63,495 bases of DNA, filler included, from Lentisphaeria bacterium (GCA_041690595.1; 3 parts of 3 records of this genome joined end to end with filler, not necessarily neighbours in it); one strand, 5' to 3'. Shown: positions 29,554-39,891, counted from the first letter of the whole stretch. Program-made: numbers and translations. Notes: generated by a model not told the origin, from the letters alone.

Positions 29554-30560
29554 AATCGTATGAAACCAACAGAGCCGTAACTGCTATGCTTTGTCCACGT
29601 CATTATCGGATGATCCTCTTCGTGCTCATGTGTTGTCGGCTGGGGGGCATTGCTGAGACGACGGGGAATGGCGATGTTCGCTTTGAAGTGGTGAGCAACG
29701 ACTACTCGTTCCCGCTCAATGCTCCAAAGCGAGTTGACCTGAAGGTGACCAACGGCGACCAGCAGTATATCTCGTTCAAGATCGACGGACTCTTGATGTC
29801 CCTGAAAGCTTCGGTCGAGGATTCAGTCGCTTCAGAAAACTTAGAGGAGCACAGGTACGCCCCAAAAGTTCATCGTGACCTGAGAAAGTTGCGTTCACGG
29901 GGGGACTACCCGCTTTACCTTGGACTTGGACCTGGTGAGCACAATATTTTCAAACTTGACCTGAACGGCTTCCTGAAGTTCCGAAAGGCGGGTACCTACT
30001 CCATTGAGTTGTCCGGCACTCTTGAGCTTTTGATGCGGGACGGAGGCAAGGAGAAGGTCGAGGTCTCGACGGCAGCGACAGTGCGAATCATGCCGGAGTC
30101 GGAAAGTGCATTACAAGGAGCGATTGCTGAGCTTTCGCCTGAATTGATCAGCCCTGATATGTGGCGGTCGACATCGGCAGCGATTTCGCTCTTCCTACTG
30201 GACCATCCCGATGCTTACAGTGCCTTGCTTGGTGTACAGAAGTGGCCATTAGAGGGGGAACTTGCAATCGTTATTATTGCTGTCTCCTTCATCGGCCACG
30301 GGAATGAAGCAACTAATGAGTTGTTGCTGGATTACTTAGCTGAACATGAGGTTGATCCCAGGCTGATTGCACGTATAATTAGTAGTTCCAGCTACTATAA
30401 TTATGAGCCCTTTTATCCCCTTATCGTCCTATTTTCCACTCATCCATCGCAGTACGTGCAAGATTCAGTTGACTATGGTGTGTCTGTGACTCCATGGGTG
30501 GAGGAGCAGGTCCAGAGCATGAGGGCGAAAGAGAAAATGCCACCTGAAGCGACCGAGTAG
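29550..30560 (+). CDS. Exported hypothetical protein (beta-sandwich N-half, helical C-half); candidate immunity/partner protein
   Basis: ATGA overlap with the upstream gene, AGGAGG RBS, hydrophobic N-terminal segment, lower GC than the flanks. Confidence 0.65.
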   Translation: MKSYETNRAVTAMLCPRHYRMILFVLMCCRLGGIAETTGNGDVRFEVVSNDYSFPLNAPKRVDLKVTNGDQQYISFKIDGLLMSLKASVEDSVASENLEEHRYAPKVHRDLRKLRSRGDYPLYLGLGPGEHNIFKLDLNGFLKFRKAGTYSIELSGTLELLMRDGGKEKVEVSTAATVRIMPESESALQGAIAELSPELISPDMWRSTSAAISLFLLDHPDAYSALLGVQKWPLEGELAIVIIAVSFIGHGNEATNELLLDYLAEHEVDPRLIARIISSSSYYNYEPFYPLIVLFSTHPSQYVQDSVDYGVSVTPWVEEQVQSMRAKEKMPPEATE

Positions 30561-30569
30561 TCGCGGTCG

Positions 30570-31052
30570 CCGCGTCCCCGCGTCCCCCCAATCTTCATGC
30601 CCTTCAAGCTCTTCATGGTGAACGCTACCGCCTTTCTGCTCATTGGCCACCGCGGGAAGCGCAAGGATTAACCACAAGGAACGCAAAGATCGCAAAGATT
30701 CGGAGACGAAGACGCGGGCAGACTGCGTCAGGAGCTTGTTTGGTATGCAGCGGAATGGCTGCAATAGTTTCTTTTGTTTCTTCGTGCTCTTCGTGTCCTT
30801 CGTGGTTATCAATTATCATGCTCTGTGCATACGGAGGTGATGGAGGGCAACTGGAGTGAGTCACGTGGACAAGGGTTACCACGAAGAGCACGAAGGATGA
30901 AACGTTGCCGAGCCTGTCGACGCTGCCCTTTTTTGCTACTCTTATCTCCGTGCCTCCGTGTCTCCGTGGTTTCCTTCCTCTCCGCGGCCCCGCGTCCCTG
31001 CTCGTTCTTTGCGATCTCTGCGCTCTTTGTGGTTAGTTCCTGCCGCGTCTCC
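30570..31052. repeat. Cluster of 9-bp-periodic (AACCAC/CACCAY-headed) repeats in both orientations
   Basis: Elements at 30592-30623 (-), 30667-30697 (+), 30779-30808 (-), 30876-30896 (+), 30945-30972 (-), 31007-31046 (-). Confidence 0.85.
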
Positions 31053-31199
31053 CACCCCACCAGTTGCTTCAAGTCCACTGGTGTGTGGCAAACCTGCCTG
31101 CGTCCGGGTTCCTGGTCTGGAAAGCGTCGACGTGCACGGCTATTGTCTACGCGCAGCGGTTATACGGCACACGAAACTTCAACCTGGCGGGGACAGATC

Positions 31200-32303
31200 A
31201 TGAGCGGATTCAATGGACTGGGCATGAACCTTGGGAATATCTCGCGTCTGGCGAACGCGCGCAGCCGTTCGATCAGCGCCGAGAATGTCTATGGCGAGAA
31301 GGGGCGCGGCGGCATGGCGGAGATGAGCGAGACTCCGCAGGCGGAGGTGGCGAAGATCGGACAGGAATGGACAGGGGTGCAGAGCTGTGCGCGCGACCTG
31401 GGACGCGGCTGGAAGGTACGCCCGTGCATCAAGATCTCGGCCGGCGCGACGGCGACGCTGATGGATGTGGAGGGGCCGGGGGCCATCCAGCACATCTGGA
31501 TCACCTTTGCCGAGAAGTACTGCCGCGACCTGATCCTGCGCATGTACTGGGATGATGAAGAGTTGCCGAGCGTGGAAGTGCCGGTGGGCGATTTTTTCTG
31601 CAATGGGTGGAAGGTACGCACCAACGTTCTCTCGATCCCTATCAACGTCAATCCGAGCGGTGGTTTCAACTGCTACTTTCCGATGCCGTTCCGCCGGCGG
31701 GCGCGGGTGACGCTCGAGAATCGCGCTCCCGAGGCGATCAGCCACTTCTTCTACACCATCAACTATACCCTCTGCGACATCGCGCCGGACGAAGCGTATT
31801 TCCACGCGCAGTTTCGGCGCAGCAATCCCCTGCCCTACAAGGAGGATTATACCATCCTCGACGGGGTCAGAGGGCGCGGGCATTATGTGGGCACCTGCAT
31901 GGCCTGGCAGCAGAACTCCTCCGGCTGGTGGGGTGAGGGCGAGTTCAAGGCCTTCCTGGATGGGGACGCGGAGTATCCGACGATCTGCGGGACGGGCACG
32001 GAAGACTACTTCGGCGGCGCCTGGGGTTTCATGGCGACCTTTTCGGCTCCTTTCCTCGGCTACCCGATGGGTGGCACCGATGGCAAGCCCGGCAGCCGCC
32101 ACAGCCTCTATCGCTTCCACATCATGGATCCGATCCGCTTCGAGAGCGAGCTGCGGGTCACGATGCAGGCGATCGGCTGGCGCAGCGAAGGGCGCTACCT
32201 GCCGTTGCAGGATGACATCGCCTCCGTCGCCTACTGGTACCAGGCAGAGCCGCACCATGCCTTCCCCCAGCTCGGCTCTCGCGACGATCTGGAGATCATC
32301 TGA
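31200..32303 (+). CDS. DUF2961 family glycoside hydrolase (GH172-like)
   Basis: SRSISAENVYGEKGRGGMA, GPGAIQHIWIT, NCYFPMPF, WWGEGEFK, GTGTEDYFGGAW, YRFHIMDPIRF, DDIASVAYWYQ. The ORF track's upstream extension runs through repeats. Confidence 0.9.
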   Translation: MSGFNGLGMNLGNISRLANARSRSISAENVYGEKGRGGMAEMSETPQAEVAKIGQEWTGVQSCARDLGRGWKVRPCIKISAGATATLMDVEGPGAIQHIWITFAEKYCRDLILRMYWDDEELPSVEVPVGDFFCNGWKVRTNVLSIPINVNPSGGFNCYFPMPFRRRARVTLENRAPEAISHFFYTINYTLCDIAPDEAYFHAQFRRSNPLPYKEDYTILDGVRGRGHYVGTCMAWQQNSSGWWGEGEFKAFLDGDAEYPTICGTGTEDYFGGAWGFMATFSAPFLGYPMGGTDGKPGSRHSLYRFHIMDPIRFESELRVTMQAIGWRSEGRYLPLQDDIASVAYWYQAEPHHAFPQLGSRDDLEII

Positions 32304-32313
32304 GGGTGGCGCA

Positions 32314-32760
32314 AGGGGACGCGGAGAGGCGGCAGGAATTAACCACAAAGAACGCAGAGATCGCAAAGATCGGACTGGGCGGATCTCAAGGACGGGTTCG
32401 CAGACTACAGTGTTTTCTGCGAGCCTTTCATTCTTTATGTTCGTACTCTTCGTACTACTATCCGCCAGAACCTTGTCTGCTGTGCAAGGGTTTCGGGAGA
32501 ACGAATCGGACAATATTTAACCACGAAGTGCACGAAGAACACGAAGGATGGGGTGATAGACTATAAAACAATGACGGTAGGTCAGTGGAAACGTCATAAG
32601 GTCAGGAACTATTATTATTATTACTTATCGGCAACTTCGTGCTCTTCGTGTTCTTCGTGGTGATCCTAATCGCGTCAGATGTTGAAGTACGTGAAGTGTC
32701 ATTCCGAGACGAAAACCTTTTGTTGCGACCAGAGGCCTCGCCAGGTACTTCGTGGTGAAA
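32314..32760. repeat. Second cluster of 9-bp-periodic repeats
   Basis: Elements at 32329-32368 (+), 32517-32547 (+), 32635-32663 (-) and a partial one at 32748-32760 (-). Confidence 0.85.
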
Positions 32761-32880
32761 GAATCGTATCGCGAAAGCCAGGCTATGTGGGAGGGTTGAT
32801 TTGATCGAGTTGTCTGTCTACTCTATAGATAGAAGGTTTGCCGCGAAGGATCAGTCGCATTACACGCAGAGAGTAGCGTC

Positions 32881-33777
32881 ATGAAGACGACCAGACGTGC
32901 CTTTACCTTGATTGAGTTGCTGGTTGTCGTCGCGATAATCGCGATTCTGGCGTCGTTGCTGTTGCCGGCGCTGAGTGTGGCGCGGGAGAAGGGCAAGCGG
33001 AGTGTCTGCCTGGGGAATCAGCGTCAGTTGTATACGGCGGCGGCGATCTTTTCGGACGATCATGACCAGTATCTGCCTGGTGGCAGCAATGCGATGTCAC
33101 ATCCGGGACTGATCTACCTGATGGATGTTCCGGTGCATGCGCAGTGGGTGAGCGTGGTGGGCAACAACGGGGTGTATACGTGGTCGCGGGATCTGCTGGT
33201 GGAGTACATGACGACGCCGGTGAATGCGAGCGGCTATCCGGAGCTTGGCACCGCGGTCTTCTGCCCCAGTGAGTCGGCGTCGATTCGCAATCGCATGGAC
33301 AACTATGGCCAGAAGGGTCGCATCAGCTACCAGACGCCGGGGCTGAGCGCGATCGAGATTCCGTACTGGCAGCCGTTCGCCCTGGCGCGTAACAGCAAGT
33401 GGCTGGGGAGCGTGAGCGGGGCGCCGCGGGTTTTCAGCTACGATGCATCGGCGGGGGGTGTGCTTGGCACCAGTGGGCAGAAGTACTTTGGGTTGACTCC
33501 TCATCGTAGCGGCATGATGGGGGCGGGAACGAATCTGGTGACGGTGGATGGCGCCGGCAAGTGGATTCCGTATGGCGACTGCAATGGCAATGGCACGGGT
33601 TGGTGGGTCTATTACCAGAAGCTGATACCACGCCATTACGAGATCATCGGCGGCGTTCATCGGGATCATGGCGGCACCATCCAGGCGGGGAATGTCATTC
33701 CGACGAGTGCGGTGAATATCGGGGTCTACATCAAGGGCAGCCTGACGACGCAGAAGGCGGGTTCGTTTGGCTACTGA
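32881..33777 (+). CDS. Prepilin-type N-terminal cleavage/methylation domain protein (DUF1559-like, H-X9-DG type)
   Basis: [33 protein letters not shown]...CLGNQRQL; C-terminal [18 protein letters not shown]. Confidence 0.9.
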   Translation: MKTTRRAFTLIELLVVVAIIAILASLLLPALSVAREKGKRSVCLGNQRQLYTAAAIFSDDHDQYLPGGSNAMSHPGLIYLMDVPVHAQWVSVVGNNGVYTWSRDLLVEYMTTPVNASGYPELGTAVFCPSESASIRNRMDNYGQKGRISYQTPGLSAIEIPYWQPFALARNSKWLGSVSGAPRVFSYDASAGGVLGTSGQKYFGLTPHRSGMMGAGTNLVTVDGAGKWIPYGDCNGNGTGWWVYYQKLIPRHYEIIGGVHRDHGGTIQAGNVIPTSAVNIGVYIKGSLTTQKAGSFGY

Positions 33778-33838
33778 GCTGGCACCGGCCATGCGGGCTG
33801 GTGGCTTTGAGGAACACTAACTTCATGCAGAGGGGCGG

Positions 33839-36800
33839 GTGATGGGTCGTTTTATCCGGTTGCTGTTTCTGATCGCGCTGAGCGCTGGAGGTGGAGAGGT
33901 GGAGGTGAGGCTGACGGAGCATCTGAATCGACAATGGAATCATGAGCGCGTCTCGTGGGAGGTGGAGTTTCCGCCGAACAGCTGCATCGCGACAGGTGTG
34001 GGCCTGTATGAGGGCGAGCGGCAGCAGTCGTGTCAACTGGAGGATATCGTCCTGCAGGATGGCACCGAGTTCGTGAAGCAGGCGCGGCTGGTGACGGTGA
34101 TAGAGGAGCTGGCGCCGCTGAGCAGCCGCTCCTTTGTGGTGCGCCATGGGGTGGAGCCGGTCGGGCAGCCAGCTGGGGATCTGCGGGTGGAGGAGCAGAC
34201 GGGGAGCGTGGTGCTGGCGACGAGCAGATTTGCCGTCAAGTTGACGCTGGGGGAGGAGACATTCGACACGCCCCGGCCGGCATCGGCGGTGGCTGGGCCG
34301 ATCGGCGGGTGGAGTTTCGACGGCAAGCGTTGGATGGGGGGAAGTGCGCTGTATGGGGAGCGGGCCGTGCTCTCCTGGTCGGGCACGCTGATGGCCAGGG
34401 GGCCGATCACGGCCCGGGTGCGGACGCTCTACACGTATGCCGATGGCGAGACGCTCGAGGTGCTTTCGGAGTTGGATGCCGAGGCGGAGGTCGTCACGGT
34501 GACGGCGCGGGTCGGTACGACTCGCCAGGACGAGGGGTGGCGCCTGGTGATGGGCGGCGAGACACGGCCGCCGCTGGTTCATTTTGTCTTTGGCCAACGC
34601 AGCTATGCGAAGGAGCTGCAGGTGGATCTGAGCCAGCCGCTGGAGGCGCCGCCGCTGTATCTGAGTCCCTACGTGGGGGATGCGTGGTTCCGGGATCGGG
34701 CCAATACGATGCGCTTTGCGGTGCCGGGGCTGGAGAGTCAGCTGCTGCTGACGGCGCGGCAGGTGGAGCGCTGGGTGGAGCCACAAGCGCGACCGCCATG
34801 GGCGCGCTTCGACGAGTGGGACTACCCGACGATCGGGGAGATGTGGGAGGGATGGATGAGCCAGGGAGCACCGATTGTACCGGTGGCGGAGGCTGTGCAT
34901 GTGGATTTTCCGCATGTGGCCGGCGTGCGCATCTGGAGCCTGGGACAACTGGTCGATCCAGAGTTGATCCTGAAGCGGTACCGGCGGGAGGTCATGAGCG
35001 TACCCACGGCGATGCCGCGGCTGGAAGAGGTCCAGAAGATGGTGCTGGAATGGCCGCTGGAGGATCGCAGCCATCCGAGTCTCTACGTGGACGAGGTGCC
35101 GGAGTTGAGTGAGGCGGAGGCAGCGACGCGGATCGAAGAGCTGGCCAGGGAGCTGAACCTGCTGGGCAATTTCGACATCTTTCGCTACATCATGCGGCTG
35201 GCGGGGAAGTATGACCGGGTGATCGATCATGCGGCGGTGACGCCGGAGCAGCGTCGCCTCTTCCGGGCGCAGGCGGCGTACCTGGCGTATGTGAACGAGC
35301 ATCCGCTGCACTGGTCGCTGGAGCGGGGCATGAACTCGGGGAATCCGAACATGAGCGTCTCGCGGATCACGAATGTGGGGGTGCTGGGTTGTTTGCTTCG
35401 GGATCACCCGCGGTCGGCGGAATGGGTGAAGTATGCGTATGACTGGTGCGACTGGTGGTTGACGCATGTGGTCGACGAGGATGGCGGCTGGCCGGAGAGC
35501 AGCCATTATGCGCGGGTGACGATGGCGGAGTTGGTTTCGTTTGCCACCATGGCGAAGCGGGCGGGCCATGGGGATCTTTTCGCGCATCCGGGTTTCCGGC
35601 GCATGGCGATCTTCTATGAGAAGACGCTGACGCCGCCCCACCCGCTTCGCAAGGTGAATCCCCGCCATGCGCTGGTGGAGCAGCCCATGCCGGTGCGGGT
35701 GGGAGCGCCGTATGGACGGGGTACACGTGGCGACGCGTGGGGCTTCGGCGGCCTGCTGGCAGCGGCTTATGAAGGGAGCGATCCGGAGTTGGCCAAAATT
35801 TTCCAATGGAGCTGGCAGGGGAGCGGCTTCACTTGGCAGACCAGCCATTCGGTCGACGGTCTGGAGCTGTTGACGCTGGATACCACGCGCCCGGTGGCGA
35901 TTCCGACCTGGGGATCGGAGTACCTGGCCTCGGTCGGCTATCTGCTGCGCGACGCGGTGGGCCGGCCAGAGGAGGAGTACCTGCTGCAGGTGACGGAGTT
36001 CTACCAGTGCCCGGATGGTCACATCTGGCCGCCGGATACGGGGAGCATCCCGATCTGGTATGCGGGCGGAAAGCCGCTCGCCAGCCATTTCCGGCGCGTA
36101 CCGGAGGTGACATCGGTGCTGACCACCAACCGGGTTCTCCTGGCAACGAACTGGGGTCCGGAGACCAAGCCGAAGGTGAAGAGCGGCTACCGCACAGTGA
36201 CCAGCCACGATGGATTCGCCAGGCTCCCGGCGGTGGATTATGTGAATTGCCGCTTCGATGTCGAGAGCCTGATCGATCACCACCTCTCCGTGCCGGGGAA
36301 TCTGCCGGCGATGCCGGTCCGGCGGAAAGAAGGCGAGCTGCCGCTGAAGTGGCGGCGTCAGCTTCTTTACGCGCATGGTGCCGATGGATTGCTCGTGCTG
36401 CGCGACACGATCAGCAGCTTGAGCCCGACCCAATGGCACTTCTGGACCCTCTCCGAGAAGGTTGGAACGCCCGGCGACCTCGCCGACCGCGAGGCCTTCC
36501 TGGCTGACCAGCCCGGAGCGAAAGTGACGGATGCACGGGAGCTTCCGGGCAACCAGTTCGTGGCCTTCGGGCAGTTCGGCCTGGATCTGGACACCTTCGT
36601 CGCCAGCCCGGTCGGCACGCCACGCTTCACGATGCGCTATGGCAACCGCGGCGGTGCCTATGGATGCCTGGACAACGTGAACGAGTACATGGACCTGCTG
36701 CAGTTGCAGTTGGAGGGGCCGGGCGACTACTATGTGGTCATGGTTCCGCGTGAGGCGAGCAAGGCGGCGCCGGTTTTCGCGACGTTCGCCGCTGGGGATA

Positions 36801-37204
36801 TCCTGAAGATCCAGTCGAGCGCCACGACGAGTTGGGCATTTCTGGCGCCGGAGGTGCGCGAGGCAGCCTCGGACGAGGTGAGCTTCGCTGGTACTGCCGG
36901 CTTGCTGACACAGTCGGCTGGACGACTCGATCTGGCGCTGAGCGCGCCGGGGAGCGTGGGCGGTTTTGGAGTGAGGCTGGAAGCAGAAGTGCCGGCCAAG
37001 TTGACGGTGATCGGTGACACGGCCGAGGTGGTGCTGGACACTGGGGAGGCAGCGCGCTTGTCATGCGTCCTGCCGGAGCTGGGAGCCTGGCGGCTCTCCA
37101 CGGACCAACCCGGTGTAACGCTGGAACGCCACGACCAGCTTCTGACCGTGGCGATGGCGGCGGGAATCCGTACGGTCAAGCTCAGGAGAATCACTCAAAG
37201 GTGA
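33839..37204 (+). CDS. Large secreted protein, possibly heparinase II/III-like lyase fold
   Basis: Signal peptide; helical core with GNPNM and DEDGGWPESSHY; beta-rich C-terminus. The function is inferred only. Confidence 0.55.
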   Translation: MMGRFIRLLFLIALSAGGGEVEVRLTEHLNRQWNHERVSWEVEFPPNSCIATGVGLYEGERQQSCQLEDIVLQDGTEFVKQARLVTVIEELAPLSSRSFVVRHGVEPVGQPAGDLRVEEQTGSVVLATSRFAVKLTLGEETFDTPRPASAVAGPIGGWSFDGKRWMGGSALYGERAVLSWSGTLMARGPITARVRTLYTYADGETLEVLSELDAEAEVVTVTARVGTTRQDEGWRLVMGGETRPPLVHFVFGQRSYAKELQVDLSQPLEAPPLYLSPYVGDAWFRDRANTMRFAVPGLESQLLLTARQVERWVEPQARPPWARFDEWDYPTIGEMWEGWMSQGAPIVPVAEAVHVDFPHVAGVRIWSLGQLVDPELILKRYRREVMSVPTAMPRLEEVQKMVLEWPLEDRSHPSLYVDEVPELSEAEAATRIEELARELNLLGNFDIFRYIMRLAGKYDRVIDHAAVTPEQRRLFRAQAAYLAYVNEHPLHWSLERGMNSGNPNMSVSRITNVGVLGCLLRDHPRSAEWVKYAYDWCDWWLTHVVDEDGGWPESSHYARVTMAELVSFATMAKRAGHGDLFAHPGFRRMAIFYEKTLTPPHPLRKVNPRHALVEQPMPVRVGAPYGRGTRGDAWGFGGLLAAAYEGSDPELAKIFQWSWQGSGFTWQTSHSVDGLELLTLDTTRPVAIPTWGSEYLASVGYLLRDAVGRPEEEYLLQVTEFYQCPDGHIWPPDTGSIPIWYAGGKPLASHFRRVPEVTSVLTTNRVLLATNWGPETKPKVKSGYRTVTSHDGFARLPAVDYVNCRFDVESLIDHHLSVPGNLPAMPVRRKEGELPLKWRRQLLYAHGADGLLVLRDTISSLSPTQWHFWTLSEKVGTPGDLADREAFLADQPGAKVTDARELPGNQFVAFGQFGLDLDTFVASPVGTPRFTMRYGNRGGAYGCLDNVNEYMDLLQLQLEGPGDYYVVMVPREASKAAPVFATFAAGDILKIQSSATTSWAFLAPEVREAASDEVSFAGTAGLLTQSAGRLDLALSAPGSVGGFGVRLEAEVPAKLTVIGDTAEVVLDTGEAARLSCVLPELGAWRLSTDQPGVTLERHDQLLTVAMAAGIRTVKLRRITQR

Positions 37205-37289
37205 GATCTGCTGGTTGCATTTTCCGCATCCGTCTGGTAGATTAAAATAGTGGATATTTCTATGATTTTACCGATGAGGAAGTTATTCA

Positions 37290-37853
37290 ATGCCCTATCT
37301 TCAGCGCATCCGCAGCAAAGAAGAGATTGTGGTGCCTTTGGGGAAGTCACTGACGGTGATCGGCCGAGCCGAATCGTGTGATGTGACGCTTGAAGGTCAT
37401 TCGGAGATCAGCCGCGAGCATTGTGCCGTACACAGCTACGAAGATGGTACGGTGAAGGTGGTCGATCTGGGCTCCAAGAATGGTACTTGGGTGAATGGCG
37501 CGCGTACGTTCGAGGGCTGCCAACTGAAAGACGGCGACATTGTCCGTCTCAGCCGCAAGGTGGAGTTCCGCTTTACCGAGAACGAGCCTGAGATGTCGGG
37601 TATGGATCGTGATCAGCCATCCATGGAAGAGATGACGATCGCGGAGGATCACATGCCACGTTCGCCGGGGGGCCGGCATGGCACCGCGCTGAATGTACGC
37701 ACTCCTTCCGAAGATCTCTCCGCGGCCGCGAGCCACATGGAGAAGGAACTGGAGCAGCAGGACTTCAAGTCCATCATGCAGAAGCTCTCCGAGCAGGCGA
37801 AGAACCGGCCGAAGAAGAAGAAGACGGAAGAAGGCGGCGAAGAGTACTGGTAG
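37290..37853 (+). CDS. FHA domain protein
   Basis: IGRAESCDV...ISREHC...VVDLGSKNGTWVNG. Confidence 0.93.
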   Translation: MPYLQRIRSKEEIVVPLGKSLTVIGRAESCDVTLEGHSEISREHCAVHSYEDGTVKVVDLGSKNGTWVNGARTFEGCQLKDGDIVRLSRKVEFRFTENEPEMSGMDRDQPSMEEMTIAEDHMPRSPGGRHGTALNVRTPSEDLSAAASHMEKELEQQDFKSIMQKLSEQAKNRPKKKKTEEGGEEYW

Positions 37854-37914
37854 GCAAGGTGCAGTCGCACCGGCGCATCGCCGTGGAAACACAGAAACGA
37901 GCGGGAATGATCTC

Positions 37915-39024
37915 ATGAAGATCGATGCCAACCTGCCCGGTGGCAATATTGTTGTGGAGCGAATCGAGGGTGACGAAGCGTGGGTGCATCAGGATCTGCG
38001 CACGACTCAGGGCTCGTGGTTCTACTGGTACTTTCGCGTAACCGAGGCGGCGGGCCGCACCATACGCATCCACTTCACGGAAGGCCCTGCCCTTGGTGCG
38101 CGCGGTCCGGGCTGCAGCCTCGACGGCGGCCGAAGCTGGCACTGGCTTGGGACGGAGTGCGTGGATGGGCAATCTTTCGTCCATACGGTGGACGCCCAGG
38201 CGGCGGAAGTGCACTTCAGCTTTGGCATGCCGTATACAGAGAAGGATCTGCTCGTGTTTCTGGAGCGACACACAGGGAACGAGCGACTGAGCGTGGAAGA
38301 GCTGTGCCGCTCGCGCGAGAAGCGCAGTGTCCGGTTGCTGCGCGTGGCTTCCCCGGAGCGTCACCAGCCGCAGGTTCTGGTCACCAGCCGCCACCATGCC
38401 TGCGAGATGATGGCAAACTATGTCTTGGAAGGTCTGCTTGAAGAGACGCTGCTGACTGCGGTCATGCCCGCCGAACTGATCGCGGTTCCCTTCGTGGACA
38501 CGGACGGTGTCGAGAATGGTGACCAGGGCAAGAACCGCCAGCCATGCGATCACAACCGCGACTATAATACTGGTCGCCACCCGGAGACCGTAGCCATTCG
38601 CCACTATGTGAATGAGTTGCGGCGGTTGATGGTGACGCTCGACCTGCACTGTCCATACATCAGCGGTAAGTGGAACGAGCTGATCTACCAGGTAGGCGCG
38701 CCGGAACCACCGATCTGGCACGAGCAGCAGGTATTTGGCGCAATTCTGGAAGATGCCTGCACCGGTCCGCTGCCGTATAAGGCGAGCAATGACCTGCCGT
38801 GGGGAGAGGCGTGGAATACCACCGCCAACTTCGCTCAGGGCAAGGCGGCCAGCCACTGGCTTTCACACCTGCCGCACACGCGGCTGGTGAGCAGCTTCGA
38901 GATACCGTACGCAAATGCCGAAGGTGCGGAAGTCAACGCCGAGAGCGCCCGGGCCTTTGGCGCCAATCTGGCACAGGCGATCGGTGCCTATCTCAGGGAA
39001 CAGGAAGGGCTTCTCTTGCGCTGA
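37915..39024 (+). CDS. M14-family zinc carboxypeptidase-like protein
   Basis: MKIDANLPGGNI start; HxxE motif (RHHACE), DHNRDY, LDLHCP, FEIPY. Confidence 0.85.
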   Translation: MKIDANLPGGNIVVERIEGDEAWVHQDLRTTQGSWFYWYFRVTEAAGRTIRIHFTEGPALGARGPGCSLDGGRSWHWLGTECVDGQSFVHTVDAQAAEVHFSFGMPYTEKDLLVFLERHTGNERLSVEELCRSREKRSVRLLRVASPERHQPQVLVTSRHHACEMMANYVLEGLLEETLLTAVMPAELIAVPFVDTDGVENGDQGKNRQPCDHNRDYNTGRHPETVAIRHYVNELRRLMVTLDLHCPYISGKWNELIYQVGAPEPPIWHEQQVFGAILEDACTGPLPYKASNDLPWGEAWNTTANFAQGKAASHWLSHLPHTRLVSSFEIPYANAEGAEVNAESARAFGANLAQAIGAYLREQEGLLLR

Positions 39025-39032
39025 CTGCCGGC

Positions 39033-39872
39033 TCAGCCGAGGGCGCGGGCCATGGCAGCCTTGATCTTCTCCAAGCCGGTCCGGGCAACCAAGGTCGCAT
39101 CCTGCTGCCAGTACTCGGCATTGAAGAGCTCGACCGAAAGCATGCCGACATAGCCGTTGGCGGCGAGGATGCGCAGGATCTCGTCCAGCGGGGCGATGCC
39201 GTCGCCGGGATAGACGCGATCGGCGTCGGTGATCGTCTCCCGCGCGATCTTCGGGTAGTCATTGACATGAAAGAGGCCGATGGCGTCGCCGCTGAGCAGG
39301 CGCAGACAGTGCGCCGGTGTCCCGCCTTTGTAGAGGTGATAAACATCGAGGAGCATGGCGGCTTTCGGATGGCCGCCAGCCAGCGCCACATAGGTGGCTT
39401 CTTCCAGCCGGCTGAGTGTCTGCGACATCCCCCACAGCTCCAGAAGGGGGGCGACACCTGTGCGTTCGCCCAAGGCACAGAGCGCAGCATAGCGCTCCGC
39501 GGCGCGATCGAGGCAAAGCCCGGAAGTCTTGACGGCTCCGAAAGGCGGTGCGGCGAGGCAGGTGCCGCCCAGTTGGTGGACAAGCTCCATGTTGCGTTCA
39601 GCCTCGGCGAAACCGGCCTCACGGGCGGTCTGGTCATCGACAATCCATTCGAAGAAGCCGATGGCGCCGGCAAGGCGAAGCCCATGCCCATCAAGGCGGC
39701 GTCTCACCTCGGCGAGGGAGCCGCCCTCGGCGACGTGGCGATCGATGTCGGCAATCCATGGCTCGATGCCGTCATAGCCGGCGGCGGCGGCGACATCGAT
39801 CTGCTGGAGCAGGGTCAGCTTCTGGCCGCGGATGGTGCTGGTATTGAGGGCACAGTGGAAGTGGGTGCTCAT
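39033..39872 (-). CDS. Sugar phosphate isomerase/epimerase (AP endonuclease 2 TIM barrel)
   Basis: ALNTSTIRG, GYDGIEPW, LLDVYHLYKGG, FHVNDYP, DRVYPGDG, LSVELFN. Confidence 0.9.
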   Translation of the reverse strand: MSTHFHCALNTSTIRGQKLTLLQQIDVAAAAGYDGIEPWIADIDRHVAEGGSLAEVRRRLDGHGLRLAGAIGFFEWIVDDQTAREAGFAEAERNMELVHQLGGTCLAAPPFGAVKTSGLCLDRAAERYAALCALGERTGVAPLLELWGMSQTLSRLEEATYVALAGGHPKAAMLLDVYHLYKGGTPAHCLRLLSGDAIGLFHVNDYPKIARETITDADRVYPGDGIAPLDEILRILAANGYVGMLSVELFNAEYWQQDATLVARTGLEKIKAAMARALG

Positions 39873-39891
39873 GGGTCGTTCCTTTTCAGCT

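Noticed and set aside
30774..31199. N-terminal extension of the DUF2961 ORF and small ORFs at 30465-31078
   Set aside because: They translate the repeat cluster; family similarity starts at the ATG at 31200.
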